This document shows, piece by piece, positions 24,901 through 36,751 of a DNA stretch of 64,000 nt; position 1 is the first letter of the stretch, and the number at the start of each line of letters is the position of its first letter. A program made the position numbers and the translations under genes. Below the pieces are notes generated by a model that saw only the letters and a program-made list of their open reading frames with translations, was not told where the DNA came from and searched no databases. This stretch comes from Asterias rubens (lineage: Eukaryota), in assembly GCF_902459465.1 (NCBI RefSeq), contig NC_047077.1, positions 8,184,001 to 8,248,000 on the forward strand. The letters run 5' to 3'.

Positions 24901-25458
24901 ATACCTTACAAACAATAACAGACCAATTGAATAAGCAGGTCCATTACAAAGCGTCAGTACAGCTTGAATAAATGACTTTTCCCCCCATTGGATTTTTGCA
25001 TCTTTTGACTACGTTAAAACATTCTCTGAACTGAACAATTGATGTATGAATATTATCTTACCCGAGTCTTCTGGCTGATGTCTGAGATCCAAAGTATCAG
25101 AGTTGGGTAGAAAGACACCAATACACGAACCTGACTAAACAATGACTCCATCTATTCAATCCACTAGATCTCCAGTCTGATGGGTTTCAGCTGGATCATT
25201 GGCTTTGCAGCAGCTTTCACTGATGTGATTTTACTCTGGTATATCTTCATCATTCTCAACTCTTGTCAAGGTCTTCTGGTCTTTCTCTCCTTCGTCTGTA
25301 AGATCAGCATCTGGAGACGCTGGAAGACTTTCATCTCGTCGTGTCATCATCGCTGTCATCGGGAGAATGAAGATCCTGCCAGTGATCGTATTGGCATTGC
25401 GGTGGATGTTCATTTAAAACCAGAAACAACAGCTAAGACTTGTACCACTGGCATTTGA
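18902..25458 (+). CDS. Somatomedin-B-domain family-B-like 7TM receptor, paralog 2 (about 991 aa)
   Basis: Exons 18902-19115, 20149-20396, 22341-24563, 25168-25458 (phases 1,0,0; total 2976 nt); same exon layout and motifs as paralog 1. Confidence 0.9.
19672..20018. mobile_element. TTAA-type MITE K3
   Basis: TTAA flanks at 19668-19671 and 20019-20022; similar to 3776-4564. Confidence 0.7.
20548..20939. mobile_element. Kolobok-like fully palindromic MITE family K2
   Basis: TTAA flanks; arms fold around ...atttatgggag / ...ataaatggccgacc; other copies 27852-28223, 37010-37225 (partial), 52381-52762, 52933-53304. Confidence 0.85.
21511..21839. mobile_element. TTAA-type MITE (family K4)
   Basis: TTAA-agccagtatacactttcgg ... 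ccgaaagtgtccaatggct-TTAA. Confidence 0.75.
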
Positions 25459-25487
25459 TTTTCATCACCCCCCCCCCCCATGTTTGG

Positions 25488-25862
25488 AAATTGTAAAAGC
25501 CCAGTATTTCTCACTATGTGTATCACCACATATGCATAAAATAACAAACCTGTGAGAATTTGGGCTCAACTGGTCATCGAAGTTGCAAGAAAATAATGAA
25601 AGGAAAAAACACCCTTGTTGCATTACTTTGTGTGCTCTCAGATACATAATAAAAGGCTTCAGCTGAGGCCTTTAATTATTCAAGTGAAATTTGAGTGAAT
25701 AGACACCTTTCTCAAAGACTACACTTGTACATGTACATGTATATACTTCAGAGCAAGCCCTTTCTCACAATGTTTTATATCATCAACATCTCTCTGCTCG
25801 GTACCATGTATTTTTTATGTGAACAATTATTTTGAGTAAATACCAGGTGTCTAGTGCCTTTA
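25488..25862. mobile_element. K1-related MITE just downstream of the receptor paralog 2 stop
   Basis: Homologous to K1; left end decayed, right end gtgtctagtgccttta. Confidence 0.7.
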
Positions 25863-27493
25863 GAGACCAACCTTCTAATAGCAGGGGTGAAAGCCACTGC
25901 TGACAACAAGTCCAAAACTAGGATCTAAACCCTACGTGGTAAATGTTGGTAGAAATGATGGCATTCCACCTTATGGTAACCCGGAGGTTTTTCTTTCACC
26001 AAGCAGGGCGCAATTTCATAGAGCTGCTAAGCACAACAATTTTCTTAGCATGAAATTTCTTCCTTTGTAAACACAGGATTACCAAGCAAATTTCCATGTG
26101 CAATTAACAGCTGAATACCAGTAACAAGCAATATGAAACAAATGGAAATTTGGTTGGTAAACCTGTTTTTACCAAGGAAGAAATTTCATGCTAAGCAAAT
26201 TTTTGTGCTTAGCAACTCTATGAAATTGGGCCCCATTATTATAGGAATAAAGTAGTGTCCTCAGCACTGACAAGTAAATCAAAGAGCAGGATTGTGGTGC
26301 TTTTTTTCACCAGGCGGACTTGAAAAGTCTCAACTCGGGATACAATTTCTCATCCATGTAATTGTTATCTGTTGGAGACTAGGCCACCCTTCTGTGGACT
26401 CGGAGCAAAAGAACTGTAATAAATGTAGGTGCTAACAGATTTTGCCACCAAAGTTAAAAGGGTAATCAAAATCAAGTTCAAAGAACAAGTGAGATTCAAA
26501 CAGAATTGCAGTTTCTTAAGAATAAAGATGATTTATTGGTACAGTTTAAAACAAATATTAAACTCGTAAAAATGTAAACCTCCCAGATAAAACAGATCTT
26601 TCAGTTTCCCACAATGCATTTATTTTTTTTAGTCGTTTTGAGATCACAATTTTGATTCAAAAGATTGTGTGGACTTGTATATTGGAACAAACTGAAACTT
26701 CTGTAATTTGTAGCTAAAGTTCCCGAGTAAAACTCAACACCACATACTGTTGAATACAGTGCCAGTGAATGCAATATGAATGAATAACTGCATCAGTCGA
26801 CTTGTGTTCAACTCCTGCGAAATACAGCCCTGTTACGTCGAAATTCATATTGCATTCCCAAGAAGTATGAACCAGGCTTATGTACATGTATTGTTTTCTT
26901 AAATGTTCAAACATGTACATGATTGTAGCTTTAATCAGGGAACAATACAATAGAAAAATGGAAAGTATCTTTTTAAGATTGCACATTTTTAGTACTTGGT
27001 GAACTGGGAGCCTACTGATAAACTTGTATTTGTACAAAAATAAATGTCAAAATGGGTTCATGAGCTATCGTTTGCGGTACAAAAGGGCTCAATACCCGTA
27101 ACCAAGATTGGAGGAACATTAAGAGTTCCATTCAGGGAAAGGTTAAAAAAATATTACGTTCAGTCGACTCACGTTAACAAGATTTCTTGGACCGGCCAAA
27201 TTACCTCTTAATTTTGCAAAACAATTCCCTATGTTTTGGTTTTTAACTTTTTAACATTGGCTGAATAAATTACTGTCTTATCTTTAACAACAGGAATGTT
27301 GCTTTGCATAAGAGGATAGCAAAACAAAGAAACATATAAAGCACGAGCCACAAATACATTTTTGGGACTTTAGACAGTGGTGTTAGAATGTACTCTTTAT
27401 AAGCAGAATCTTTTTATAACGAGGGTCGACTCGTGTCGTGTCTAATGAACAAATTAAATTTTAGAATAAACACTTAATGTGAAACAAACTTAA

Positions 27494-28250
27494 AGGATTT
27501 GGGTACTTTTTCAAAATGTCCACAGATTTACATTAAACTTACAGGGTTTGAAGATAATGATAGTGGAAAGCTTCCCTCAAATTATTACTAACTGAGGTTC
27601 TGTAGTTTTTGAGAAATGGGTAAAACAAGTCACAAAATAATTTTTGTCTCAACTGAGACAAAAATTATTTTAGCATGTAAAATCACATTAACCAGTTATG
27701 ATATTATACCATAAATATAGCACAACTGGTTAATATGTTTTCACATGCTAAAACTGAGACAAAGTTTTACTCATTTCTCAAAAACTACAGCACCTCAGTA
27801 ATTCAAATTTCAAGGGAAGCTTCCTACTATCATAATCTTCAAATTGTTTAAAGGAACAACGTTGCCTTGGATCGGACGAGTTGGTCCATAAAAAGCGTTT
27901 GAAACCGTTTGTTATGAAATGTATGGTTAGAAAGATGTTTTAAAAGTAGAATATAATGATCCACACTCAAAATTGCATGGTTTTCTTTTTACGTCGCGAA
28001 CTATCACGGTCGGCCATTTATGGGAGTCAAAATTTTGACTCCCATAAATGGCCGACCTCATTAGTCGGCAAGGTAAAAAGAAAACCACGCAATTTCGAGG
28101 CATATTTGTGTAGATCATTGTATTCAACTTTTACATCATCTTTTCAACCATATGCATTTCATAACAAACGGTCACAAAACGCTTTTCAAAGACCAACTCG
28201 ACCGATCCAAGGCAACAATTCCTTTAAGTTTATGTAAATCTGTGGACATT
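27494..28250. mobile_element. K3-type MITE with a K2 palindrome nested at 27852-28223
   Basis: Insert flanked by duplicated TTAA (27848-27851, 28224-28227); host right arm resumes gtttatgtaaatctgtggacatt. Confidence 0.85.
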
Positions 28251-29359
28251 GTGTTTTATGTTAGCGAAGATAATGGACAAACTGTGCATGCGCGTAAGAA
28301 TAAAAATTATGACTGAAATTAAAACCAGACTTATAATGTTTTGTTATTCTGGTTATGGAACAAGACAGTTTCAACTGAAGTGCTTTTTTAGTGACAAATG
28401 ACTGTTTAACCTGGAAGACACGAGCCAGGAGATTGAATGTATGCCAACAAAAACAAACAAAATTGTACCTTCATATATGAATGTTGTAAACAAACTGTTT
28501 TGCACAAAAATCAAATGAAATAATAACCAAAAAAAAGACAGATAGTAATGAGTTTAATAATGACAAGTTAAAATGGAATTATAAACTGTTAAGTTATTAA
28601 AAACTAAAGATTATCATAACTCCCAACACAACCAAACACATTACCAGCATGATTTTTTAAACTGAACATTAACCCATGATTAACCAGTAAGCATGGAGAA
28701 GGTACAACAGTGGTTTGTTAAAGAGAAATGATGCCAGTGGCTGCATCATCAACTTGTACATAATGGCCAAAAGCAACAAGTCAGGATAGCATCAGTTTCA
28801 ATCCTCAACAAATTTATGATCGAAAGTTACAAATGTTAAAAATTGCACAGTAAAAAAGTATGTCAGCAGAATGCCTTTTAAAAAAATATTTTTTTAATAA
28901 TTGCGTTTTAAACCCGAGTTGTATCTTCTCATAACAGACCCCTTACATAACAGCTTATCAGTGAGATCACACAGTGGCAACACCCAACGATCACACGTTT
29001 AATTTAATGGTACTGCTTCCTGAGAGGGTGCTGTTTAAGCCGTTGCGGTATCATGTGCAAGGAGTCTTATGGATGATGGCAAGTATAATATAATATTGTA
29101 ATATAAACCTGAACTCGGAAAGCATGAGCATAGTGGATCTGATGAATCATCGACTTGAGTCTCCTGTTTGGAGTGTCAGTTCTTTTAACATGTTGAAAGG
29201 CTGCAGAGAAATTAAATCAACAAGAATAAGATTTAATTGGAAAGTAACATCGGCTGACAACATTAAGGTACAAATGGAGGCAACATCCGGTGGAGGTAAA
29301 ACATAAAAAGAATGACAAAAACGACATAAAAATGATGATGATGATGACATGGCCCTTTT

Positions 29360-29715
29360 AAGGTGCAGGGAAAATACTCAAAATAATTATTAGCATAAAA
29401 ACCTACTTGGTTTTGAGGAATGGGGAGCTGTTGATAGTATAAAACATTGTCAGAAACGGCTCCCTAGCCTCTGAAGTAACAGTTTTGAGAAAGAAGTAAT
29501 TTTCCACGAATTTGATTTCCAGACCTCAGATTTAGAATTTGAGGTCTCGAAATCAAGCATCTGAAAGCACACAACTTTGTGTGACAAGGGTGTTTTTCCA
29601 ACTTCGATGATCGCTTGTGCTAAAATGTTCACAGGTTTGTTATTTTATGCATATGTTGAGATACATTAAGTGAGAAGACTGGTCTTTGACAATTACCAAT
29701 CGTGTCTATTGTATT
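29360..29715. mobile_element. K1 MITE, reverse orientation, decayed ends
   Basis: Reverse complement of the K1 body. Confidence 0.75.
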
Positions 29716-29927
29716 TAAGCTCCTTGTTTAAGACTCAATTTGTTTACCAATGAACAAAACAACCGACACTAGTCAGACTACCAGTATATTTTATTAAACA
29801 AATATTTTATCTACTCTGCTTTTTTTACAACCAGATGTGGGGCAACATGTCTACAAATCACAGTAATCTGCCACATATTTAACGCGGATGAGGGCGCTCT
29901 CAATATTAATACTTGTATCACTTCCCG

Positions 29928-30169
29928 GGGCCAATTTCATAGAGCTGCTTAAGCAAAAAATTTGCATAAGCACAAAAATAGCTCGCTTGTTTTATTCATG
30001 TTACTGGCCAAAATTTCATGTAATATACATTGCTTGTGACTGGTATTTAGCTGTTGTTTGCTTGGCATAACAATTGAGTGGAGTCTTGGACGGCAATCTG
30101 ATTTTACTAAGCAAGGTTTTTTTGGCTTGAGCAAAATTTTGTGCTTGAGCAGCTCTATGAAATTGGGCC
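29928..30169. mobile_element. Harbinger-like MITE family H1
   Basis: TIRs gggccaatttcatagagctgct / agcagctctatgaaattgggcc; flanks CCG/CAG. Confidence 0.8.
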
Positions 30170-33100
30170 CAGCATTCTGTCACTTCTGTGTGCCGTATTG
30201 TTAAGCTGCTTACAGTGAGGGCAGCTTAATTCCTGACACTTTTATAAAAACTTTCAAGCTTACCTTCTTTGCAACATCAATGATCTTTGACAGCGTCTTG
30301 AGAAATTGCTGTAGAACCCAAGATTTAGACCACTGCAATAAAATGTCATGGGTTAATATAACTTTATCCTGCTATCTGAGCCTTTTTTCATCATCCAAAT
30401 GTAGGGTGGTGACCAAGCGGTCCAGTTCAACAGGCCAAACTCTGGTGTTGTCAGCAGCAGAGTGTGGGATCGATAGGAAGTGATCACTTGACACTTGTAC
30501 TAATGCTTGCTTTGTAATAAGTTGAGAAGGTAGTGCAGTCTGCTCTGCCAGCCAGGCTCCTAGTGGATGATGCCTACATCCTACGGACTCTGAACGACGG
30601 ATATGCCAGCTTGCATAGGCTGCTTAGACAGAGACTTGTGCTTTATGAAATTGGGACCTGTTAAAATGTTCTGAAAACCTTCTGGTGACGTTTCACTCAA
30701 GGATTAGGACAAGGAAAACACCTTAGGGGTTTCAGAACATTAGGGTGTCGGGGCGTTTCATAACACATTTCCACATCGTTTGATTATTTGAAATTACCTT
30801 GCTGATCAGCTTCAAGGTGGAGGATCCTCTTCTTTACCATTTCATTATTCATCTTACTTTTCAATCATCTCTTCACTGAAGCTCCTTGAAAATAAAAATA
30901 TAATGTATGTTATGATCTTGTTATTATCAGCAAAAATACAAATTATTGACTTTTTCAACAATTTTTTTTTTGAAAATGTGGAGATGTTGCTTATTTTCAA
31001 TATAGCATAATGTTGGAAACCAGTTATAGGACTCTAAATGCAGACCCTAATGAAAAGGCTGTCAAATGTTGCCTCTTTTGTCTTGGTAGCTAATGTCTTT
31101 TCCTTCAAATAAAAATTCCAAGGAAGTCTTCGAACAAATTTAAGACTAAAATTACCACTAACATGGCATTAAAACACTGACAGTGTCAATGCACCAAATG
31201 TAGCAACTTAAACATGCGTTTTTCAAAATTGCAGGCTTTCTTTAAAAAAAGTAGCCCAGGAAAAAAATCTTAGGTCAACTGAGGTTGCAAAGTGTGTTTG
31301 TTTGTTCTTTTACAAAATTACAAAAACAAATTATTTCCCTGGAGCTGGAAACAAGCTGAACTACCCAAAAAATGTGTTTCCCATAATTGAATTGAAAACG
31401 TGTTGCACCTGGTTTTATCTTCAGCATCAAGTGAAGAATCCAGTGTTTTTAAATAAAAACCCAACAGTGCTAAAAAGCTAAGTGAGTGACATGAAGAGAG
31501 AGGACGTCCCTCCCTTACAAAGCTATATCGAGCGACTTGATTCGTCAGGATTGAAAATAACCAACTCTTGATAGCATTGAAAGTAACTGACTCCTGATTG
31601 GACGATTACCCTTAAAATTATTAATACACAGAACGAGATCTCAAAAAGTGTTGGCTTACCTCAGGCTTAAGTCTGAAAAGTTACAAGTTCAAAACAAGGA
31701 TATAATTGTAAAACCTTGAGTACCATTTTTACATCTTACAATCAGTTTCTAAGCTAAGCTAAGCCTAAACAATCTTAACATACATTCTTCAGGAATCATA
31801 TTTGGTCGAAGGTATCTAAAATTCTTTCCAGTTGTAAAAACAAGAGTTTTACAAAGGGCTAAAATATCGTAAAACGAACTTTAAGTATGAAGAATATCAT
31901 GCCTGGTTCTTAAGTGTAGCAGCTTATTCTGAAGTACTGTTGAGTAACAGGGTAGTTAAAGTTGTTTAAGTTCAAAGTGACCGGTCGAAAAAACCATATG
32001 AAATAAATCCTCAAGACCAACATCGATGTTTTTGAGCATATCTAACAGAGTTTACCCTTAACTTGTTTTATGTTACCGACCATAAGCTTTTCAGTGGTCG
32101 ATAAAAGCCACACCAACTGAAGTGATTTTTGACTGGTACTCTGGTGTCTTAACTGGTACTTTGCCCACGGACCACTGTTCAGGAGAACGTTTTATTCAAG
32201 GACTTGGATAAACTTATTAAATAATTTGAATAGCAGTCTCTGGATCTTCGAAAATATGCATTACGCGAGTTTCAACTTTTAAAAGAAATTGTCTACTGGA
32301 TTTTAGATTGTATTCCCTTAATAGCCCATGCATGTCGCAAAGTGATGGCTGGTGCACAAAAGGATTGTGTGTTAAAATCAGAGTCCAAGCAAAACTGACA
32401 ACCATCATGGCACGCTTATTTAGAAGTACTGCCGTTCACAACAATCAAAATGAACTCGAGCATGGCATCCATCTTGGTATATACTCAGTTTCTCTTTGGT
32501 GGTACGTTTTCATGGAAGCACTTGAGCATACTATGGGCTATTAGAATTAATTACAAGGCCTTGTCGCAAAACCATGCTCATAAACTTAATAAGGACATTA
32601 TGCACTAAATACAAGCACTCAAATGAGCCATCTTTTCCTTGGAGATATTTTCCAGACTCCTGTGTGAACTTCCTAATAAAAAATGTACATGTACCCGAAA
32701 AGGTATTTTTCTAGAGATGATGTGCAGGTACCATTTCCCTCAAGGCACAAGGTACATGTGTATATACAATGTACATGTATTACCTATTAATTTTGAACCT
32801 GGTGTTATACTGTCATCTTGACCTTAACCGGAAATGAAGTAGATACAACTCACTTCCACCAATCAATCGGCAGCAAAATGCCCACCTGTTTCAGCTCACG
32901 CCTCCCTCCCTTTTTCCCTTTCTTTGATTAGCTGATCTCTCTTCAAAATATTTCCCTTACAAAGAACTGCACTTAATTGAGCTACGATTTCTTAAAGCAA
33001 AGCTGGAATTAAATTAAGGCAACTGAGAGACCATGGCCTCTGCTGCCCCAGTCTTGGACTCGCTGTCCCTGTGAAACCTTCCCACCTTTTTTTCAAATGA

Positions 33101-36100
33101 CATTGCCCTTTCACAAATGAAATTCCAGGCCGGCAAAAGAATCAAAGATGACTTTCTTCAAGGGGTTGCCACCCATTAGTTATGGCTCGGAGAAAGTATG
33201 CTAGACAATTCAAGAAATTTCGTTGATTTTGTTGGTACAGATTTTCACAAAATGGTGTCACCTTTTACTGCATATTTCAAAGTGAATTTTTAAGGCCTAG
33301 ATATTTATTTCGGAATCAATTTCCTTCAGGAAAATAAATGCCAGCTGAGCTTTGGTCAAGACGAATGAAGTTATTTCATAATTTTGTCTGTACAGATTTT
33401 TATAAAAAAGCATCTTATCTGCAGTGTATACTTTTACTGCATACACTTCAATTCCAACTCTGCCCTACAAAGCACAATGAGTCTACTATACCATTCTAGA
33501 TTTGTTAATTAGGAACTGGTTTTGTAATTGTGGTCGTTCTTGACAATTACAAAGTTTATTCGACTCTAAATACCAAACAGCAATACACTTATAAGACAAG
33601 TCTAGTCATTAAACCATACATGTATAAAACGAAGAATACTAGATTACAAATAAGGATTTTTAAACAGTAAAATTAATAACAAAGATCTTGATTAAAATGC
33701 TTAAAAAATACTTCTTTTGAGTGCGGCAAAAAGATACAAAATAATCAATTTCAAACATGTCATTCCATTGGCTTTTTAGACACACATAGCTTTTAAGTCT
33801 GTGAGAGAAAATTATGCTGCATAAACCTGTAAGTTTTTTCAAAACGTTTGTGTTTGTGAATCTCCAATTCTGTAATTCAATATTCCACCCTTTAAAAAAC
33901 TGCAGAATGCAAAGAAAAATGAAAGGTTTATTTTTCTTCAGATATTGAACATTTTACTGTTGAAAACTAATGACTTGAATCCATTTAACTGTTAAAATTG
34001 TACACTTAATTCATAGATTTAGACAATCTCAATAGAGTTTCAATACCAGTGTGTAAATATTGCAAGGTGCAAAGGTTGTTTTTCTTTAAAATTTGTCATG
34101 TTGTTTTTTTGGTCTAGTACAAATAAAAGCCGAGTGTGCCCCAAAATCCTCCGCATGTGCAAGCAGATAAATTGTGATGTATTCATAAATGTTGATTTGT
34201 TATTTCCATTGGCAACATAGAGGCAACCTAACCCCAAAATAGTGAAAAAGAACTTCAGACTTAAGAATTAAACCATTCCCTTATGCAATATCATTTTACA
34301 TTTATCTATAGGTATAAAGACTCAACTCCCCCAAAAACTACACTGATGGACATTTCATAAAATATTGACTCAGGATTTGTATTTTTGCTTCGAGGCACTC
34401 CTAGCACTGTCCACAAAAAAAACATCGGTGCGTAATTATTATACAAAAACCTAGGACTCATAAACTGGTATCAATGCAATGGCACAAGCTGATCATTATC
34501 AAAAGATGAGATCTAATTATCGCTCGATGATCCAAGTGGTTTAGAGTGAAATTTTCAGACTTAAATCCGGCTACATTTATCGCATCCTAAAGGCAAGAGT
34601 GTGTTCGACAATTTGTTACAAGATCTGTGTAACAACAATCTGGTTAAGGGGACCAGATGACGAAACCCCTTTTTGCTTTTTGTCTATTCAGTGATTTTAG
34701 TTTGAGAATCCTCCTGGAGAACACGTTCAACTGTAGACTAGAGATGTTTGAATTGCCAATATCGGTACCAGATTAACAGACCTAATAGAAGCTCAGAAAA
34801 TGTAACAGTATATGAATCTTAGTAACTATACAAGACGTAAAATAGCAATACAACAAAGGGCAATTTGCAAATGACAAAGACATTCAATTTGTTTTCCCTT
34901 TCCTTTCTCGTTTCTTTTTCAGTAATGAACAAAAATGGTTTCAAATGGAAAGTTTAATTTTAAGGTTTTAGAAAAAATAAATTTCAACCTGATGAAAGTC
35001 TCTGTTTTAACAGACATCTTATTAATTTATGTGCTCAAAAGGTTCAAAGCAAAGCTGAACTAAATTCCAACAGATTCTTACTCTCAAACCCTCGAGCTTT
35101 TTACATGGTTGGTTTGAGCTCTCATCATTGGTCATTGCCCCAAAAAGTTGGTGAAGTATTTTAAAACTCAAGTAAATGTCTTTCATAAAACAGGGGGGTT
35201 AAGATGGAACTGGTTATAGAGGGCCAGCCCTTATTGTTAAGTATTGGGTCTGGTTTTTATTTACAACATGTCGAGCGTTCATCCAAGGATAAACGCAGTC
35301 TGGATAGTCGATTCCTTGAGTTGGTTTACTTCCAACTTCCTTAAAGTCTCACTTAGATCCTTGGGGTCACTATGACTAACCATCCTTCAGGCAACTTAGT
35401 CTTTTGGGTTACAGGTCTAGAGATCAAAGGCAGCCTAGATGGACGAGACTCAAGACACTCCTGCTGTGCATTGTACTGAATAAGAAGGGCAAAGACATTT
35501 TCCTTAAAGAACTGCAACATGGTCACATAATAACAACAATGGCGTGATAGTCATAAGTGATAGGCGCACTGCTTCGGAAATGTTAGCTGTTTAGGAGGAT
35601 GTCTGACTCCTGCAGTTTCACAAAAGTTGTCAAAACCTAAAAGGCTTCGCTTACTCAGTCATAAAAGTGAGAACCCCAATAGCCTCTCTCAAAAGGCGCT
35701 TTCCTAGAAGGTTCTTAAAGCACAAGTCTGCTTTTGCGTTTTTCTGTGCATAAGAAATTTGACAGCTTTGCATTTTGTCACAAACATGTCCTAGCAGAAA
35801 TGCTCTGTGATCCAATCGTGATTATGAATAACGCTGATTGCTTGGTTAAGTAGTTTTCTTATTACTGAATCTTCCCTAAAGATTGAGCTACTACGAGTTC
35901 TTTCTAGATTCTGTTATTCCAACACACAAGCTTATTGCAAGACTAAAAACATTCACTTGTGAAAATCACTGCAAGCTACAAATAAAGAAGCAATTTGAGG
36001 CTCTATAATATAATTTAATTTCTTTAGCCGTAGGGTTTATCCAAATAACAAAGTTCTAAACACGGAAAAGAAGTTAAGGAAATAAATAAAACCTGTTCAA

Positions 36101-36751
36101 TACATTACACATTTGTATGAATGAAAGTTTCCAAATTTCCATCTTTTTGTAACAAGAAGTCTAAAGTCAGCAGGGTTCTCTGAACCAAATTTAAAAAAAA
36201 GTTTAGCCATAGAACGCTGAATTGGTATGTTTTCTACTTGGTGTTAATCTTGTTTTAAAAGCCCTACTTTTTAAAAGATATTCGTTGTTAGCAATTGCCT
36301 CATAGAACATGACTGGCAAATGCAGAATCGTAACCCCTGTCGGAATATCCCGGTAGGGATTTCGCAAAAATAGTCCTATCTGGATTTGTGAACAAAACCT
36401 AATCCAAATTGTTCAATGGCATTCACATCCTCCTCAAAGTCTGTGTGAGTCACGAATGCGTTGATAGCCGAGTTCTCAGAATCCTTTCAATTCTAGGATG
36501 GCCACATGTTCCGAAGTCAACCGACAGTCGCAGATTGGCAAAAGTTGGAATAATGGAAAGTTCTGGATGTATACCTGACCATTTAATAACGAAATGAAAA
36601 GCCGATTTCAATGAACCCTTGATACGAATCATAAATCTTATCCCACTAAGTACGGGAAACAAAGCGAGGATAAAAGAAAATGGTCCCAACAAAATGAGTT
36701 AAGCGCCCTCAGTTGACTTACCTTACATCAGCCAGCTCATTGTTGACTTTA

